From NCBI RefSeq assembly GCF_009914755.1, contig NC_060925.1: a stretch of 64,000 nt of DNA, one strand, 5' to 3'. Shown piece after piece: positions 1 to 30,921 of this stretch. How positions within the stretch are numbered: position 1 is the stretch's first letter; every line of letters starts with the position of its first letter. The notes beneath the pieces were generated by a model. That model worked only from the letters and a program-made list of their open reading frames with translations. It was not told where the DNA came from and made no database searches. Origin of the DNA: the human T2T-CHM13v2.0 reference genome, Homo sapiens. A program made the translations under genes and the position numbers.

Positions 1-835
1 GTTTTCAACAAAAGTAAAGTTTGCTGAAAGTTAACAGTATAACATGTATTATCCTAACTTCTAATCTTGTGGAAATCAGACCCTATCAGTGCCCCACAAA
101 GCTCCTGTCAGCACAGGGCCATACAACTAATACCCCTACTTATAGGGTTAGGAATGGCCACTGCTACAGGAACCAGAATAGCAGGTTTATCTACTTCATT
201 ATCCTGCTACCACACACACTTGAAGGATTTCTCAGACAGTTTACAAGAAGTAACAAAATCTATCCTTACTCTACAATCCCAAATAGACTCTTTGGCAGCA
301 GTGACTCTCCAAAACCGCTGAGGCCTAGACCTCCTCACTGCTGAGAAAGGAGGACTTTCACCTTCTTAGGGGAAGAATGTTGCTTTTACACTAACCAGTC
401 AGGGATAGTACGAGACTCCGCCCGGTGTTTATGGGAAGAGGCTTCTGAAATCAGACAAAGCCTTTCAAACCCTTAGACCAACCTTCAGAGTTAGGCGACA
501 TGGCTTCTCCCCTTTCTAGGTCCTGTGACAGCCATCTTGCTATTACTCGCCTTTGGGCCTTGTATTTTTAACCTCTTTGTCAAATTTGTTTCCTCCAGGA
601 TCAATGCCATCAAGCTACAGATGGTCTTACAAATGGAACCCCAAACGAGCTCAACTAACAACTTCTACCGAGGACCCCTGGACCAACCCACTGACCCTTT
701 GGCTGGCCTAGAGAGTTTCCCTCTGGAGGATACTACCACTGCAGGGCCCCTTCGCCCCCATCCAGCAGGAAGTAGCTAGAGTGGTCATCGCCCAATTTCC
801 AACAGCAGCTGGGGTGTCCTGTTTAGAGGGGAGAT
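1..835 (+). mobile_element. ERV9/HERV-W-like provirus 3' internal region: defective env (TM subunit) and polypurine tract
   Basis: Reads as furin site/fusion peptide (QHRAIQLIPLLIGLGMAT), heptad repeat, immunosuppressive domain LQNR*GLDLLTAEKGG (stop at 319-321), frameshifted FLGEECCFY, and TM/cytoplasmic tail (LLLLAFGPCIFNLFVKFVSSRINAIKLQMVLQMEP). PPT-like AGAGGGGAGA lies just before the LTR. Confidence 0.9.
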
Positions 836-1290
836 TGAGAGGTGAAGCCAGCTGGACTTCTGGGTCAGGTGGGGACTTGGAGAACTTTTCTGTCTTACAA
901 GAGGATTGTAAAATGTGCCAATTAGCACTCTGTAGCTAGGATTGTAAAACGCACCAATCAGCACTCTGTAGCTAGCTAGAGGTTTGTAAAATGAACCAAT
1001 CAGCACTCTGTAAAATGGACCAAACAGCAGGACATGGGCGGTGACCCCAGGAAATAAAAGCTGGCCACCCCAGCCAGCAGCAGCAACGTGCTCGGGTCCC
1101 CTTCCATGCTGTGGAAGCTTTGTTCTTTCGCTCTTCACAATACATCTTGCTGCTGCTCACTCGCTCACTGACTCACTCTTTGTGTCCGTGCCACCTTTAA
1201 GAGCTGTAACACTCACTGCAAAAATTCCCAGCTTCATTCTGGAAGTCAGCGAGACCAAGAACCCACCAGAAGGAACCAACTCCAGACACA
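836..1290 (+). mobile_element. LTR12-family (ERV9) 3' LTR
   Basis: Starts TGAGAGGTGAAGCCAGCTGG and ends AACTCCAGACACA. Repeated CCAAT(C/T)AGCACTCTG units at 918, 954 and 996; TATA-like AATAAAAG at 1053-1060; directly follows env and the PPT. Confidence 0.88.
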
Positions 1291-1304
1291 GTAGGATTTG
1301 ATGA

Positions 1305-1792
<488 letters not shown>

Positions 1793-2139
1793 TCCAGGGT
1801 GCTATTCTACTAGGAAATCTTAATCTGCAACATCTCTTGGCTTTACCCCTTTCATTCACTGTTTCCTGTTTTCCGTGTACCCTCTTGATTTCTTTCCAGG
1901 CCTTCTCTTTCTCAGACTCACACACTCCTTCCATTCCACTCCCCACCTTGCCTTCTTCGTGTACATCTCCTTTCTCCCTCTCTTTCTTTGCTCCCCCTAC
2001 TTCATTTTCCGTCCCCGCATCCCCCGATGGTCTCCCCCTCCTTCCCGCTCTCTGTCTTACCCTAGTTTGGAAATGCAGCAGACCTCTAAACCTGCCAGCA
2101 TTGGATGCAAGAGGCTGTCATTCTACGGTAGGAGGAGCT

Positions 2140-2720
2140 TCTATTGGTCGGGCTGGAGGCGGGTACCGAGCTGAGTATAAAAGGTGGGGCCGGAGGCGGC
2201 GAGCTGAGCGGCTCTGACAGGACGGGTCGCAGGGGGTCGCCTGGCCGGAGCTGGGCTCCGAGAATCCCGGGTGCCAGCACCAGAGCAGCGGCTCTCCGCA
2301 CTAACTCTCCTCTCCTGGTCAGCTGTAACCCCTGCCGCAGAGCCCGGCAACTTTCAGCTGTCGCCCGCGGAGCCCCGAGGGCCACTCGCCTCACCTGTGC
2401 GTGCAGCGCCTCGCGCGCCCTGTCCGGCTGCGGAGATGAGCGAGGTGAGCGGTGCGGCCCCCGGCGCTGTCGGCAGGGCTGCGGCGGGGAGGGTGCTGCG
2501 GCTCGGGATCCCAGGGAGGCGAGGGAGAGCGAGGCAGACCGGAGCCGCGAAGAACCCTCCAGGGGCGCCCCACTGCCCTCCTAGGAAAGCTCCCACCTCG
2601 GGGCGCTGGGAAACGATTGGAAGACGGGGTGCTTTCAGTCTCCCTACTGTGGACGGCGCTTTTGGGGGTAATTGGAATCGGCTGTAGAGTCCGGAAGCGG
2701 GGATGCTGAGCTCTCAGGTG
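2140..2720 (+). promoter_or_regulatory. PCP4L1: PCP4L1 promoter / CpG island with inverted CCAAT and TATA box
   Basis: ATTGG at 2143-2147, TATAAAA at 2176-2182, and CpG-dense GC-rich sequence spanning exon 1. Confidence 0.8.
2436..2444 (+). CDS. PCP4L1: PCP4L1 coding exon 1 (MSE)
   Basis: GAG-ATG AGC GAG|GTGAGC; phase-0 donor that joins in frame to exon 2. Confidence 0.9.
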
Positions 2721-5614
2721 GTAGGTCATCCCCTCTGGATACTGCCCCCTGCATCTGTCTTACTGCCCGAGATTATTCTGGCTCCCCTTACCCCCCTCAC
2801 TTCGCTTCTGTCCTCTCTCTCCTAGGGATGTAAGGCACTCACATTCCTTCTGTAGCATCTAACAAGAACTCCATCCCTGGCCCCCGGGGAGGGCCACTGT
2901 GCCCCTTTTAGAAAGGTGGCATCCTGCCCTCCACTCATTCAGTCAGGAACGTTGGAGGGACGTGTTCCGGTATTTAGAAGCCCCTGCCAGTTGCTGGGGA
3001 GATTTCCCCTTCAAGAATAGACCTCCCTCTGCAGTGCTTGTTACAAACTAGGTCTTCCGGCAGGCTCTGTGGTGTTCACCGTGGCCAGACCCAGGCCATT
3101 AACTGATTTACTGTTTTCAAAGAACACTGTTCATGGGGTGGGGGAGTGGGGGGTCAAAGCAGAGACTTTGGAAAGACGTCTCCTATTGTCTATTTGTAGG
3201 CACAGTCTCATCTCCAGAAACAAGGATCAGCCTTTCCAAGTGAAGTCAGTCTGGTTAGTGGCATCACAAGCTTGCCCTCTGCAACCTCTTTCCTAGTACC
3301 CACATCGTTGTGTTAAATCCAACTCCTCTGCTATATGTCAGATATGTATGTAGGTCAGCTACTTACCTGTGATGTAGCCTTAGGCAAAGTACAAAACCTT
3401 TGTTTCATTTTTTGTCTGTAAAATGGGGATAATACTGGTTGTTGTAATAATTAAATGAGATAATATATGCCAAATACTTGAAACAGGACCTGGCACTCAA
3501 TCTATATTAGCTATTATCTTTCTGTTTCTTTTTTCTTCCTCTCCCATTAGAGTATTACAGAAATTTAACAGAAGAATTCCCAAAGACATTAGATTACTGA
3601 AGGAATAGGACCCTGGAGCCTGGGTTCCAGTTTAGATACTAAAAATGAAGATCTCTACTGACTCCTACCAAAAGTTGTCACCCAGGGAGCTAATTAGTGC
3701 CAACTGCTGTGTTGTCTTGGTTGCCGTGTTCACTAATTTTATCCTGGAAAATTCGGCTAGTCTGGGGGCTGCAGATGAACCAAAGTGGTTTCCAGTCCCT
3801 CAGCTGGTTGTGACTCTGATGATGGCAATCTTTCAGAAAGAAAAGAAAAAAACGCATCAACCTCCTCTTTCACCTCTAATGTGGGAAGAGAGGTTTTCTT
3901 TGCCCCTTTTCACTGAGGTCTAGGGTTCATACTACTCCTCCCACCCCGAGCATTTCTAAATCTGAAAGTTGTAATCCAAGCCATCCCCTGGGAGTTTGTG
4001 ATCTGAAGGCTATGCCAACGTGAGGATTTGCAGTTAGCCTGTGTTTTCTGGGGTAAGTGCACAGCCCCTTTGTAGGACACACTACAGGGGCTGGCATTTA
4101 GAGTGGTATTTGGTGGAATGAGAAGCCTGTTTTGTAGCAAAGGAAACAATTTGGTGTTTGAGGAGAAAGCCAAGTCCGCTCCCTCCTGACTCAGCAGCTG
4201 AATTTGGTTAGCCTTCATCAGGGGCTCAGTAGAATGATGAGAGAAGGATCCACGGATGGAGACTATCAGTGTACCCAAGTCTGCCCAGCCTCCTAGGCTA
4301 TCAGAGCAAACTGGTTTTAACTAGCAATTTAGTCATAGAAGCTGTCTCCTAATACAGAGCTGAGCCTGGTCTTAGGGATGAATACTTATAAAATCCAGAA
4401 GCAGCTGTCTCTGAATCAGGTCACAAAGGGGTCTCTGCTTCTCTAGGGGCCGAGATCCAGCCTGTTTTCTTCCTCTTGTAAAAGCTATGGTAAAAGGTGG
4501 AAGTGTTGCCCAGAGCTCTAGGGAGACTCCAAACTGCTTCATTTCTCTCAGGCCAGCCCCATGGGGCTCCTCTTTCAGGTGGAAGAGCCCCGCCCAGGAA
4601 AGCCCTGTGTACCTTGAATCTTACGTAAGTTTCACCTCCCCCAACTGCTTATTTTCTTGCTTCAGAGAAAGTGCATGAAGTGAGACAATTTGGGATGTCT
4701 TTAAGAGACTCCTATTTCAACTGAAGAACAAAACCAGGGAGGAGTCTCCAGACCTAGAACAACCAACAGTGCAGGGGTTCTGGTGGGGCTGCTGGGGAGG
4801 ATCTCTGGCTCTGCCTTGCCTTTGTGGCTCTTTGCTGTCACTCATTACTGCAGTAGAGCATTTCCCTGTGAGTGTGTGTGTGCGTTCGTGCACGAAGGAG
4901 CTGCAGGGACTCATCTCCAATTTGTCTGCATTCACAGCTGCAGGCGGGACTTGATTGCTGTGGATCACACTCTATCTCCTGTGGTTTAATAACTTTTCCC
5001 TAGTTTCAGTGAAGGATGGGAATGAGAGATGTGTTCAGTCCCTGAGGGCTCTTCCCTATAATCCTTTTTCATACAGTGTAGCTGGCTGCTTAAAGCAGAA
5101 TTGCAGGTTCTTTTGTAATCCTGTTGTATTTCTCATCTGCGAGAAGCCTAGCTAGGGGAATCCCTTGGTCCAGCAGTCGTTCTGCTGAAATGGGAGTCAT
5201 GGACCATTGGTGACAGTCTTCATGGTGTCTGTCCTGTGTTTTGGCTGGCAGGGGCTGGGGCAAGGGACAGATCAACTAGAAATATCATTTAGGGGAGAGC
5301 TTAGACCTGGTGCTCCTTCATTATCCTGTTTGCTCTCTTCTTATCTAATGAGAATGGGATATCACACTTTGGAGATCCACACACTCTTTCCTGTGCACAT
5401 CTGTCTGCATCTGCCACCTTCCCAACAAGGGAAGTTCAGTCAGAGTGATACTATTCTGTTATGTCTCCTGTGAACCAGTTGTTAGGGAACCTGGTGTGGA
5501 CTTGGAGGAGATCCAAGTTTCTCTCTCTCATTGGTATGTTACTTTTATTATGGTTATATTGGATATACAAAATAGAAAGTCTAGTCACTTACTGCTATTG
5601 AAATGCCTTCTACC

Positions 5615-5987
<373 letters not shown>

Positions 5988-6682
5988 TTAGTCTCCCATT
6001 TATGTTGCTGGTTTTAGCTGCTTAGGCAGGAGCCTCTGACTGGTAGAAGTGGATGACTTTGTCATCCTGTGACCTGGAAATATGGATGATTCTTTCTCTC
6101 AACTACAGCTGTGATTTGTTAGCTCTGAGAATGTCATCTTTATAGGGTCAGGCAGCCATAAGTAATATGGCTGAAGTCCAAGTGCACAAACTTGATGCAT
6201 CTTTCATGTCTGCCTATGGAGGGTCTTAACTGATGGAAGTGGTGGAGATAGAGTTGCAGGCAGAGAGGATGAAGAAAGATGAATAATTGTCTCTTCAAGG
6301 TGGTGGTTCTATGCATGCCTCCCACTATTTTCTTTTTACTTTTCTATATTTCTAAATTGTCTTTCATGAGTCTATTTTATCATAGAGAAAAATAAACTTA
6401 GTTCTGCAAAAAATTCTTCAAAATAGAAAGATATATCTTTCACCAAGAAAACCTCAAATAAAATATCAAAACATTTTAGTGATGCGATTTTAGATTTGTT
6501 AAGGAACGCTAAAGATCATCTGGTCCAATATTCTCATTTTACAGGTGAGAAAACTGGGGCCCAAAACTTATCTAAGTTTACACTGTACTAGAACCAAGGC
6601 TAGGGCACTGTACTTCTGACTTCTCATTCCAAAAGAACATTCCACAAGACTCCTTTAACATTTTACTTCAGTAAATACAGGG

Positions 6683-9529
<2,847 letters not shown>

Positions 9530-11166
9530 TGAAAGGTGCCCATAAACAGGTACCTAGAAATCTAGACCTTGTCACAGTCTCCTCACTGAAGGCTGATTTC
9601 TATTTCCCTCCAGGCTTATTCCCGAAGCCATGCCCAGTACCCCACCCAGGAAAAAGGGGTACATTTATCGTTCTGTTGTCCTTGGTGCTGCCTCCCTCCC
9701 ACACAAAGCCCTCCAGCTGAGTGTTTGCTTTGTAGGCTGCAGCGGGGATTAATACGTTTATTTTGGGACATTAACACCATGGGTGGGATGCACATTGAAG
9801 ATTATAGTAATAAATGATGCTTTGGCACTACTCTCTCTCCCCCATTCCCTAAACCTCAGTGTGGGGTGAAGGCACAGCTCTAAGCTGTGTGCAGAGCACC
9901 ACAAATAACCACTCATTAAACTGTGGCAGCCCATGCTGGGGGGAACAGGCTGGGGCTGTTGACTCACTGCATACCATGAGCTGGCATGGCCAAGGAATTC
10001 TGCCTCTGACTCCAGTTGGGGGTACTTCTATTCCAGGAAACAGGGATGGGGTGGCTAAGGGGAGAATCAGACAAGGGGGCTTGGGAGCTAGGGTTGTTTA
10101 GGTTCTATTTTTGTCTCAGGATGCATCTGAGATATAGGGCATTGGGGGAAATAGTATATATATTAAGAGAGGAATGTGTGTATGTAGAACCTGCAGTAAG
10201 GATTCCTAGTTCTTTTTCTGTTATTATCTTGAGGGTGACCTTGAGCAAGTCTTTCTGAAGCTGTTTAAGGACTGCAGCTGGTTGCTGCACTGAAAGAATT
10301 GAAATGGTTCCAACGGTGCTCCAAAAACAGCAGTCTAGGGTCTTCCAGGGGCACTAGAGGATCCCAGAGGCCTCTATAAGGTTTTTTAGCGGTTACTTTC
10401 ATTTAACATTGGAGGAGAATATGTCAGAAGGGATAAAAGGGTCCCAGGGTGGAGTGGGAGGGTGCAAAGCCTCTTTGTCGCCACTTGGAAGCAGATCCAC
10501 TAACTCTCCTGTCCCCCTTCACTTCCTGCACCTCTAGAACAAGCAGGGAGCTTAGGAAGCCTAGGATTTATGTCAATACAAAGGCAAGGAAAGGGATTTT
10601 TAAAGGCTAGAATTTAGGATTTTTAGGATTCAGTCCCTTTTTAGGTTTCTCTGCCTTGGACTGTAGGACAGGATTCTGAGTTCCTGTGTGTATTCATCCA
10701 AACTAAGTATTCTGGCAGTAAGTACCAAAATGTGTTTATAATGTGTTTTTATTTACACAGCACCCAAGCTATGTCATGCAAATACAGGTATAGGTAGTCT
10801 AGGTATGATGAGGTGATCCTTGTTCCTGTCTGTTGCTGCTGTTGACAGCCTGTGATCTCTCTTTAAAGAGCCCAGTGGGCTGAGGAATATGGGGAAATCT
10901 GGATAGTTTATCTTTTCCAAGGTTCTAACTCACTGCTTGGAGCAGAAGGGGCAACACTATCTTCCCTTTTCTGGTGACAGTGGTTGCTGTGGCAACGCTA
11001 TTAAAGATGAAAGCCACAAAGGAAGGAGGAAACACAGCCCAAGAAGGGAGCGGGGAAGATTGGGCCTAGAGTTATAGGGGATCTGTTCCCCAGTAGTGGC
11101 AGCAGGAAAACAGCACCAAAGTTGCTACCGTTTTGAATGTCTAGGTGCTTGCTACCACAATACTAT

Positions 11167-13783
<2,617 letters not shown>

Positions 13784-13871
13784 TTAAAAAGAATTTCATC
13801 TTTTATCCTAAGAGCATCAGTAACCACTTGGGTTGTTACAATTGCTCATGTCAGAGCCAACTGTGTTAGGG

Positions 13872-16133
<2,262 letters not shown>

Positions 16134-18711
16134 TCAGGTTGAGGGAGGCTTTTATTTATTTATTTATTTTTATTTAAGGATAAATATATTTATTTATCCT
16201 AAGTCATATATTTATTTACTTCTTAAGGAGAGAGGGAAGCTTTATATGTGAGAGAGTAAAGGGAACTGATTGTCAAGATTCCTGAGGAGGAGAAGGGTGA
16301 TGGGATCTAGAGCTCAGATGGAAGGACAAGACATCATCTGACAAATGCTCTGGGAGGAGGCAGATAGGCAAGTGTGTGGTGCTTCTCTTTCCTGGAAGTG
16401 GGAGGAAATGAAAAGGGTAGGTACTCCTGGGGAAAGTATTAGGGAAAGGAGGAATGTTACTATGTCATGTTCCTCTCTGCAATCTCAAAGCCGAAAGAAA
16501 AAAAGACCCTTAAGCCAACAAGACTCTCCTTCCTTTCCTTCTTCCCCATGGGAAGGGAGAATCTGCAGCTTTGAGCTGCAGAGGAAACAAAAGAGTACTC
16601 ATGGGGAATTGGCAGTATCACCAAGATGATGGAATGGAACACTGGTACACATCAGGCTCAGAGGCAAGGATTAAAGAAATATAGGAAGGTAGGCAAGGAA
16701 AGCAACTAAAACCCTCTAGGGAAAATAAATTAAGGAAAAGAAGGAGTTGATGGGCCTCACAGTTGCTAATTAGTGTTTGGTATCTATTGAGAAGTGAGAA
16801 ACATTTAGTCCTGGCTGGGGAGGGTGTGGGTGGCTCACACCTGTAATCCCAGCACTTTAGGAGGCTGAGGCTGGAGTATTGCTTGAGTGAGAACCTGTTT
16901 CAAAACAAACAAACAAACAAAACCCCCAAAGTCCCATTCAGTCCTATGTGGGCAGTGAGGCTGAACGAACCAAGCTCCAAGCTCACTAGAAACTTGGAAT
17001 AACAGGCTTGAATGACAGTGAGGGAGGCATTTGAAATGGAAGCCAGTAGAATGATCCTACACATGGAATTCTCAGACTCTGAAGGGCTGGGTTCTGGCTC
17101 TGGGAGTAAAGAATGTAAACTATGGCTGTCCTCCAGGAGTCAGCCTCGTGTATCAGGAGGCCCACTGAGCAAACATTAAGATGAAAACCAGAATCAGGGT
17201 GATTAGATCAATTAGAGCAGAAATCTGAGTGATAGGCGTGGTCTGGGATCAGGTTGTCAAATATTAATAACATGTAAAATTGCCCCATAATGGCAGGACT
17301 GGACCCTGTTCCCCAAGTTCCCTTTGGAGTATATGTGAAGATAGCATTGTATACGCATGCACATACATACTCATACATCCCCATACTTTTGATTGGAGAT
17401 TGAGAGATAGTGTAGGATAATGATCAAGAGCATGGATTCTAGAGCCAGACTGCCTGGGTTCAAATCCTAGCTTTGTGGTTTGTTTGTTCTATGGCTTTGG
17501 GCAAGATAACCTCTCAACTTCAATTTCCTTCTCTGTGAAATAGAAATAATAATTATACCTATTTTATAGGGCTGTTATAATCATTCAACGTGTTAGTGTT
17601 TATAAAGTACTTAGAAAAGTAGCTGGCACATAGTGTATTATATATGATTGTTCATAAAGTAAAGCGAGGTGACATTCTGAAATCCTTGATTTCTTCCAGT
17701 TCCCCCAGTTGGGTCCTATAAGGAGAAGGAAGGATTTCCTAAACCATGTCATTGTTGTTATTTCTGGTCAGAAAAGCTCAGTATCGAAAGGAGTAGAAGG
17801 CTAGGCACTCCAGCCTGGGTGACAAGAGCAAAACTCTGTCTCAAAAAAAAGAAAAGGAGTAGAAGAGCACCTGAGAGGTTTGTGATCCATACCTGGCTAG
17901 AATGAGGAGCTGAGAAGTGCTGACCTGTTACAGCTCTTGCAGTTTGGCCTCACTCCTCTGCAGGTATGAGTTTTTGTGAGAAACACTAGAGTATGTGGTC
18001 TCTGGTCCCAGGGTGTACCTCTGTGCCTCCTTTGTTTATGTGAAGTATGGTTAGTCTGATGGCTTGCAGATGCGTATACCAGAGGACCTTAATTCATCTA
18101 AAATTGCTGCATTTCTGGAAGATAAACAGGAGGGTTGAGGCAGAGACCAGAGACTAATAAAGGACTGAGCACCACATAGAGGGTGGGAGCAGACAACTTG
18201 TGATCTAACTGCCCCCACCCCTAACCTCAGCAAATCACAAACAACTAAATCCAGAAGAGTGTCCAGAGTGGCTATTTCGAGAACTGGCTAGAAAGAGGGA
18301 AGAGGGGCAGGAGGTAAAAGCTCCTGCACCCCTTTCAGTGGAAGGTAAAAGGGAAATTTCAAGGGGCATTGTGAGTAATAGGAGTTTTCTTCTCCTTGCA
18401 GCATCCTTTGCTGGTTTCCCAAGTGGAGACCCCACTTTTAGATTATTATCTCTCATAAATTTAACCTAAATGGAGCTAGAAACCCCGGGGGGTGGGGGGA
18501 CCAGATGGCAGCTGAGCCACTGCTCCATTCCAGGGCCAGTGATCTCCAGAGAGACTTGGGAGGGAAGCAGCTGGCAGGGCAGAGGGAAAGTGGCAGCCTG
18601 TGTGGTTTAGTCCTGACACACATTCCTGCTTATTCTCAAGGTCTGCTGATATGAGAAGGAATGTAGAGGAAACAGCCACCTGAGGGAAGATATTTAGAAT
18701 CAGAGTCCAGT

Positions 18712-20172
<1,461 letters not shown>

Positions 20173-21239
20173 GGAAAATATGTGTGTGTGTGTATATATA
20201 TATGTGTGTGTGTGTATATATGTGTATATATGTATGTATATATATAAAAAATATACATATAAATATAAACACATATGTATCTTACACAAAATTTGGACCA
20301 TATAAAGTTATAACTGAGTTTGAAAAACTTGCCCATGTCAAATACAATATCGCATTAGCATTTTTAATAATTTTTTTCTAAATTATTATTTTCTTTCCCC
20401 CTAATGTTTTATTGGAACCATTTACCAGAAATGAAAGAATAGTTCAAGCCAGGTGCAGTGGCATTACACCTATTATCTCAGCTATTTAGGAGGCTGAGGA
20501 GGAAGAACTGCTTGAGCCCACCAGTTTGAGACCAACCTGGGCAGCATAGTGAGACCCCATCTCGAACAAACAAATAATTAGAGTTAATAAATGATTTCAG
20601 CAAAGTTGTTGGATACAAGATCAATATATAAAAATCAGTGGTGTCTCTAAACACTATCAATGAAAACTCCAAAAAAGGAAATTAAAGCAATCCCTTAAGG
20701 AAAGAAAAAATAGTTCAGTACATATCCACGTCTTCCACTTAGATTCAGTAATTGTTAACATATTAGCATATTTGTGTCAGCATGTGACAATATTTGGTCT
20801 TATGGAGACAGTACAGCCTGTTGGCTAGGAGTATGGAGTCGGTCTACCTGGGTTCCAAAGCCAGGTTCACTGTTTTCTATTGTGTGATTTGACTTGGGCA
20901 AGTTCCTCAACATCTTTCTAAGCCTGTTTTCCTTAACTATAAAATAGGGTGCCATCTTCTTAGAGATTTCAGAGGATTAAATGGGATAATGTTTGATATA
21001 TAATAAACAATACATATTATTTGGGTCCTTATCTCCTCTAAAATCACTTAGCCTGGAAGATAGGAAGAGTATCTTGATTGGTTTCACCTTAAATTCACAG
21101 CCATTAACCCCCAATGTGCCCTTTGTGCTATCTGGTAATCCTGCTACATCTTTAGGGTCTAGTTGTGTTGCCTAGGCTGGTCTTGGACCCCTGGGCTTAG
21201 GTGATCCTCCTGCCTCATCCTATATCTCACCAGCTCACT

Positions 21240-26920
<5,681 letters not shown>

Positions 26921-27070
26921 AACTTTTCCTCTGGTCTCTGATCTCAAGACTTGCTTCTTCAAAAGACTAAGGGAATGCACCTGGTAATAGGGTTTGAGAG
27001 TATATAAGAGGTCTAAGGTGATGATGCCTTCAAATTACTTCCATGAATATCTAATATTCTGATATCCTAA

Positions 27071-27187
<117 letters not shown>

Positions 27188-27734
27188 TAAAGACAAGTAG
27201 GGTGAGTCTGGAATTTCCTAAAGTCAGACATGAAAGGAATAAGAATGTGGATAAGTGAAACAAAGTACCAGTTTGGAACTACAGTACTATATCTATAGGC
27301 TTCCTTCTATTTTTCCTAGAAAGTAAACGATCAGTATTTCCTCCTTGATTTTAGAAACTGGGTCTGGAGTGTTGGGGGGAGAGAGGTACAAGATAAGAAG
27401 AAACTCATCAAAAGTCCCAGCATTATCTCCATCAGAAACTGAGAGAAAGCTGAGGAAAGTGAGTGTGCATTGGAACTTGAACTGTAGGATTTATGAATAA
27501 GTGATGAAAGAAGACATTTGTTGTTTGGTCCAAGAGTAGCAGAGCTCCCCTAAGTAACTATAGCTAATTCCCAGCCTAAGTACCTTGACTCAGACTTCTA
27601 GGGGAATTATCAGGCATTCATAATCCTAGCAAAAATTTGGGGACCCCACAGAGTCTGGCACAAGGTGGACCTTACCCACTGTATTGGGGGCCTGGAGAAA
27701 GGGTCTAGAGCAGGTCAGATTAACTCATTAATGA

Positions 27735-27896
<162 letters not shown>

Positions 27897-28828
27897 ATGG
27901 CCAGGCTTGCCCTTCACCTTCACCTTCATGCTGGTCCCTTCTCTCCCCTTCTCCACACCCATGTATCTTTATCCCTTGTCCCTCTAGCCTTTCCTTGAGG
28001 CAAGTTCAACCTTTATATACTCTTGTATCTGGCCCCCTCAAGCCATCACAGAAGTAGAGGCACAAGAGAGGTGGAGAAGATGAAGACTTCAATCAGCAGT
28101 CACTAGTCTAAGGGTGGAACAATTTCTTCTTGGTATAAGGTTCTTTGATCAGTAGCTATGCCTGCCCTGTAGGGCTAAACAAGAGGCTTCGAGGCTGAGA
28201 GATCTCCCCAAAGAACAATGTGGGAAGGAGGGGAAGGCTTTCAGAGTAGGGTGCCTGAGGGTGGGACATATGCACTGTTCTGCTAGTTACGGCATTCACA
28301 CTTTAGGTAACATTTTTTTTCCCCTTCAGATCCTTCTGCACCAACTCCAACTTCCCCTCCCAGGATCTAAGCCACAGTGGGGACTGGAGCCTCGTTTTCC
28401 CCCTAGGCAGACCTAAATCAAGCAGCTTACCACAATAGTGCATGCTGAGTAGATTAGTTCCAAGGAAGGGAGACTGGAATGCTGGTGTCAAGGAAAAGCC
28501 TCCCTCATCATCTAGTCTAAGACCATAACGGGCAGAAGCATAAGAGGTTCCAGGGCCATAGGAGAATGAGAAGTAGGGCACATATAGGGAGGAAAGAAAA
28601 GTGAAGAAGGGGGAAATCTCTGAATTTTTTTACTGCTGGGAAAAGTGTACTACATGAAGGATGCTTGGGGCTTTGCTAACCTGCTCACCGCTAACCCTCC
28701 AAGTCTAACCATCCCCAGAGGCCACACAAACCAAGTGACTCCTGTAGTTCCCATTTGCCCCACTATGGAGTCAGGGCAAAAGTGGAATAGCCACTCCATG
28801 TGATTTTAGCATGTTTAATCATTTTAAC

Positions 28829-28834
28829 AATAAA
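28829..28834 (+). terminator. PCP4L1: Probable PCP4L1 polyadenylation signal
   Basis: AATAAA about 930 nt after the stop, followed by a U-rich element at ~28872. Confidence 0.7.
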
Positions 28835-29437
28835 CCACCCCACAAATGGGGTCATTTAACCTCTACTAATGTTTTTTTCTTGGGAGGAATGTGAGTATAA
28901 GCCTGAGCTGGCCTCAGGGAGTGGGGTGGAGAAGCAACTGCGTTGACTGCGTGGTAGCGCAAGAAACTAACACTGCCTGAGCAATTTTCAGACTGAAGCC
29001 AACCCTCCCTTTCCCCCACCCCTACTGACCTTGCCCTCACCTTGATTTGCCACCCACATTGTCTCTGTGTTGCTGTCACCACCCCCAGGGTGCACTTGCA
29101 AGAGTGCTCATTTTTCCTTTCTCCTTCCAGCTGAGAGCGTGCTGGGTACACATCCCTCTGAAAACAAACCTGGTCTTCCTTGCTCCGGATTCCCAAATGA
29201 CCTATCCTAGATTTCCTTCTTGCTTTGTCTTCCTCCCACATTCTCCCCTCCCCTCCCTCTTGTTTATCAGATGCAAGGAAAGGAAAAGACTGGTCACTAG
29301 AGAGCACCACTGTTACATTAAAATTTTAATCCACTAATTACATAAAATTATGGCTTTCAAGTAGCTTAAATTGCTGAGAAATTACCTCTATATGCTAAAA
29401 CCAGAAGCCAAATGTTTAAAGATGGAGCAAAGAATGA

Positions 29438-30921
<1,484 letters not shown>

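Noticed and set aside
21-779. env ORFs as a functional syncytin-like gene
   Set aside because: Stop codon within the immunosuppressive domain and a frameshift before the cysteine motif; only fragments remain.
2086-2729. Multiple overlapping 80-146 aa ORFs
   Set aside because: Expected from stop-poor CpG-island sequence; only 9 coding nt splice to PCP4L1 exon 2.
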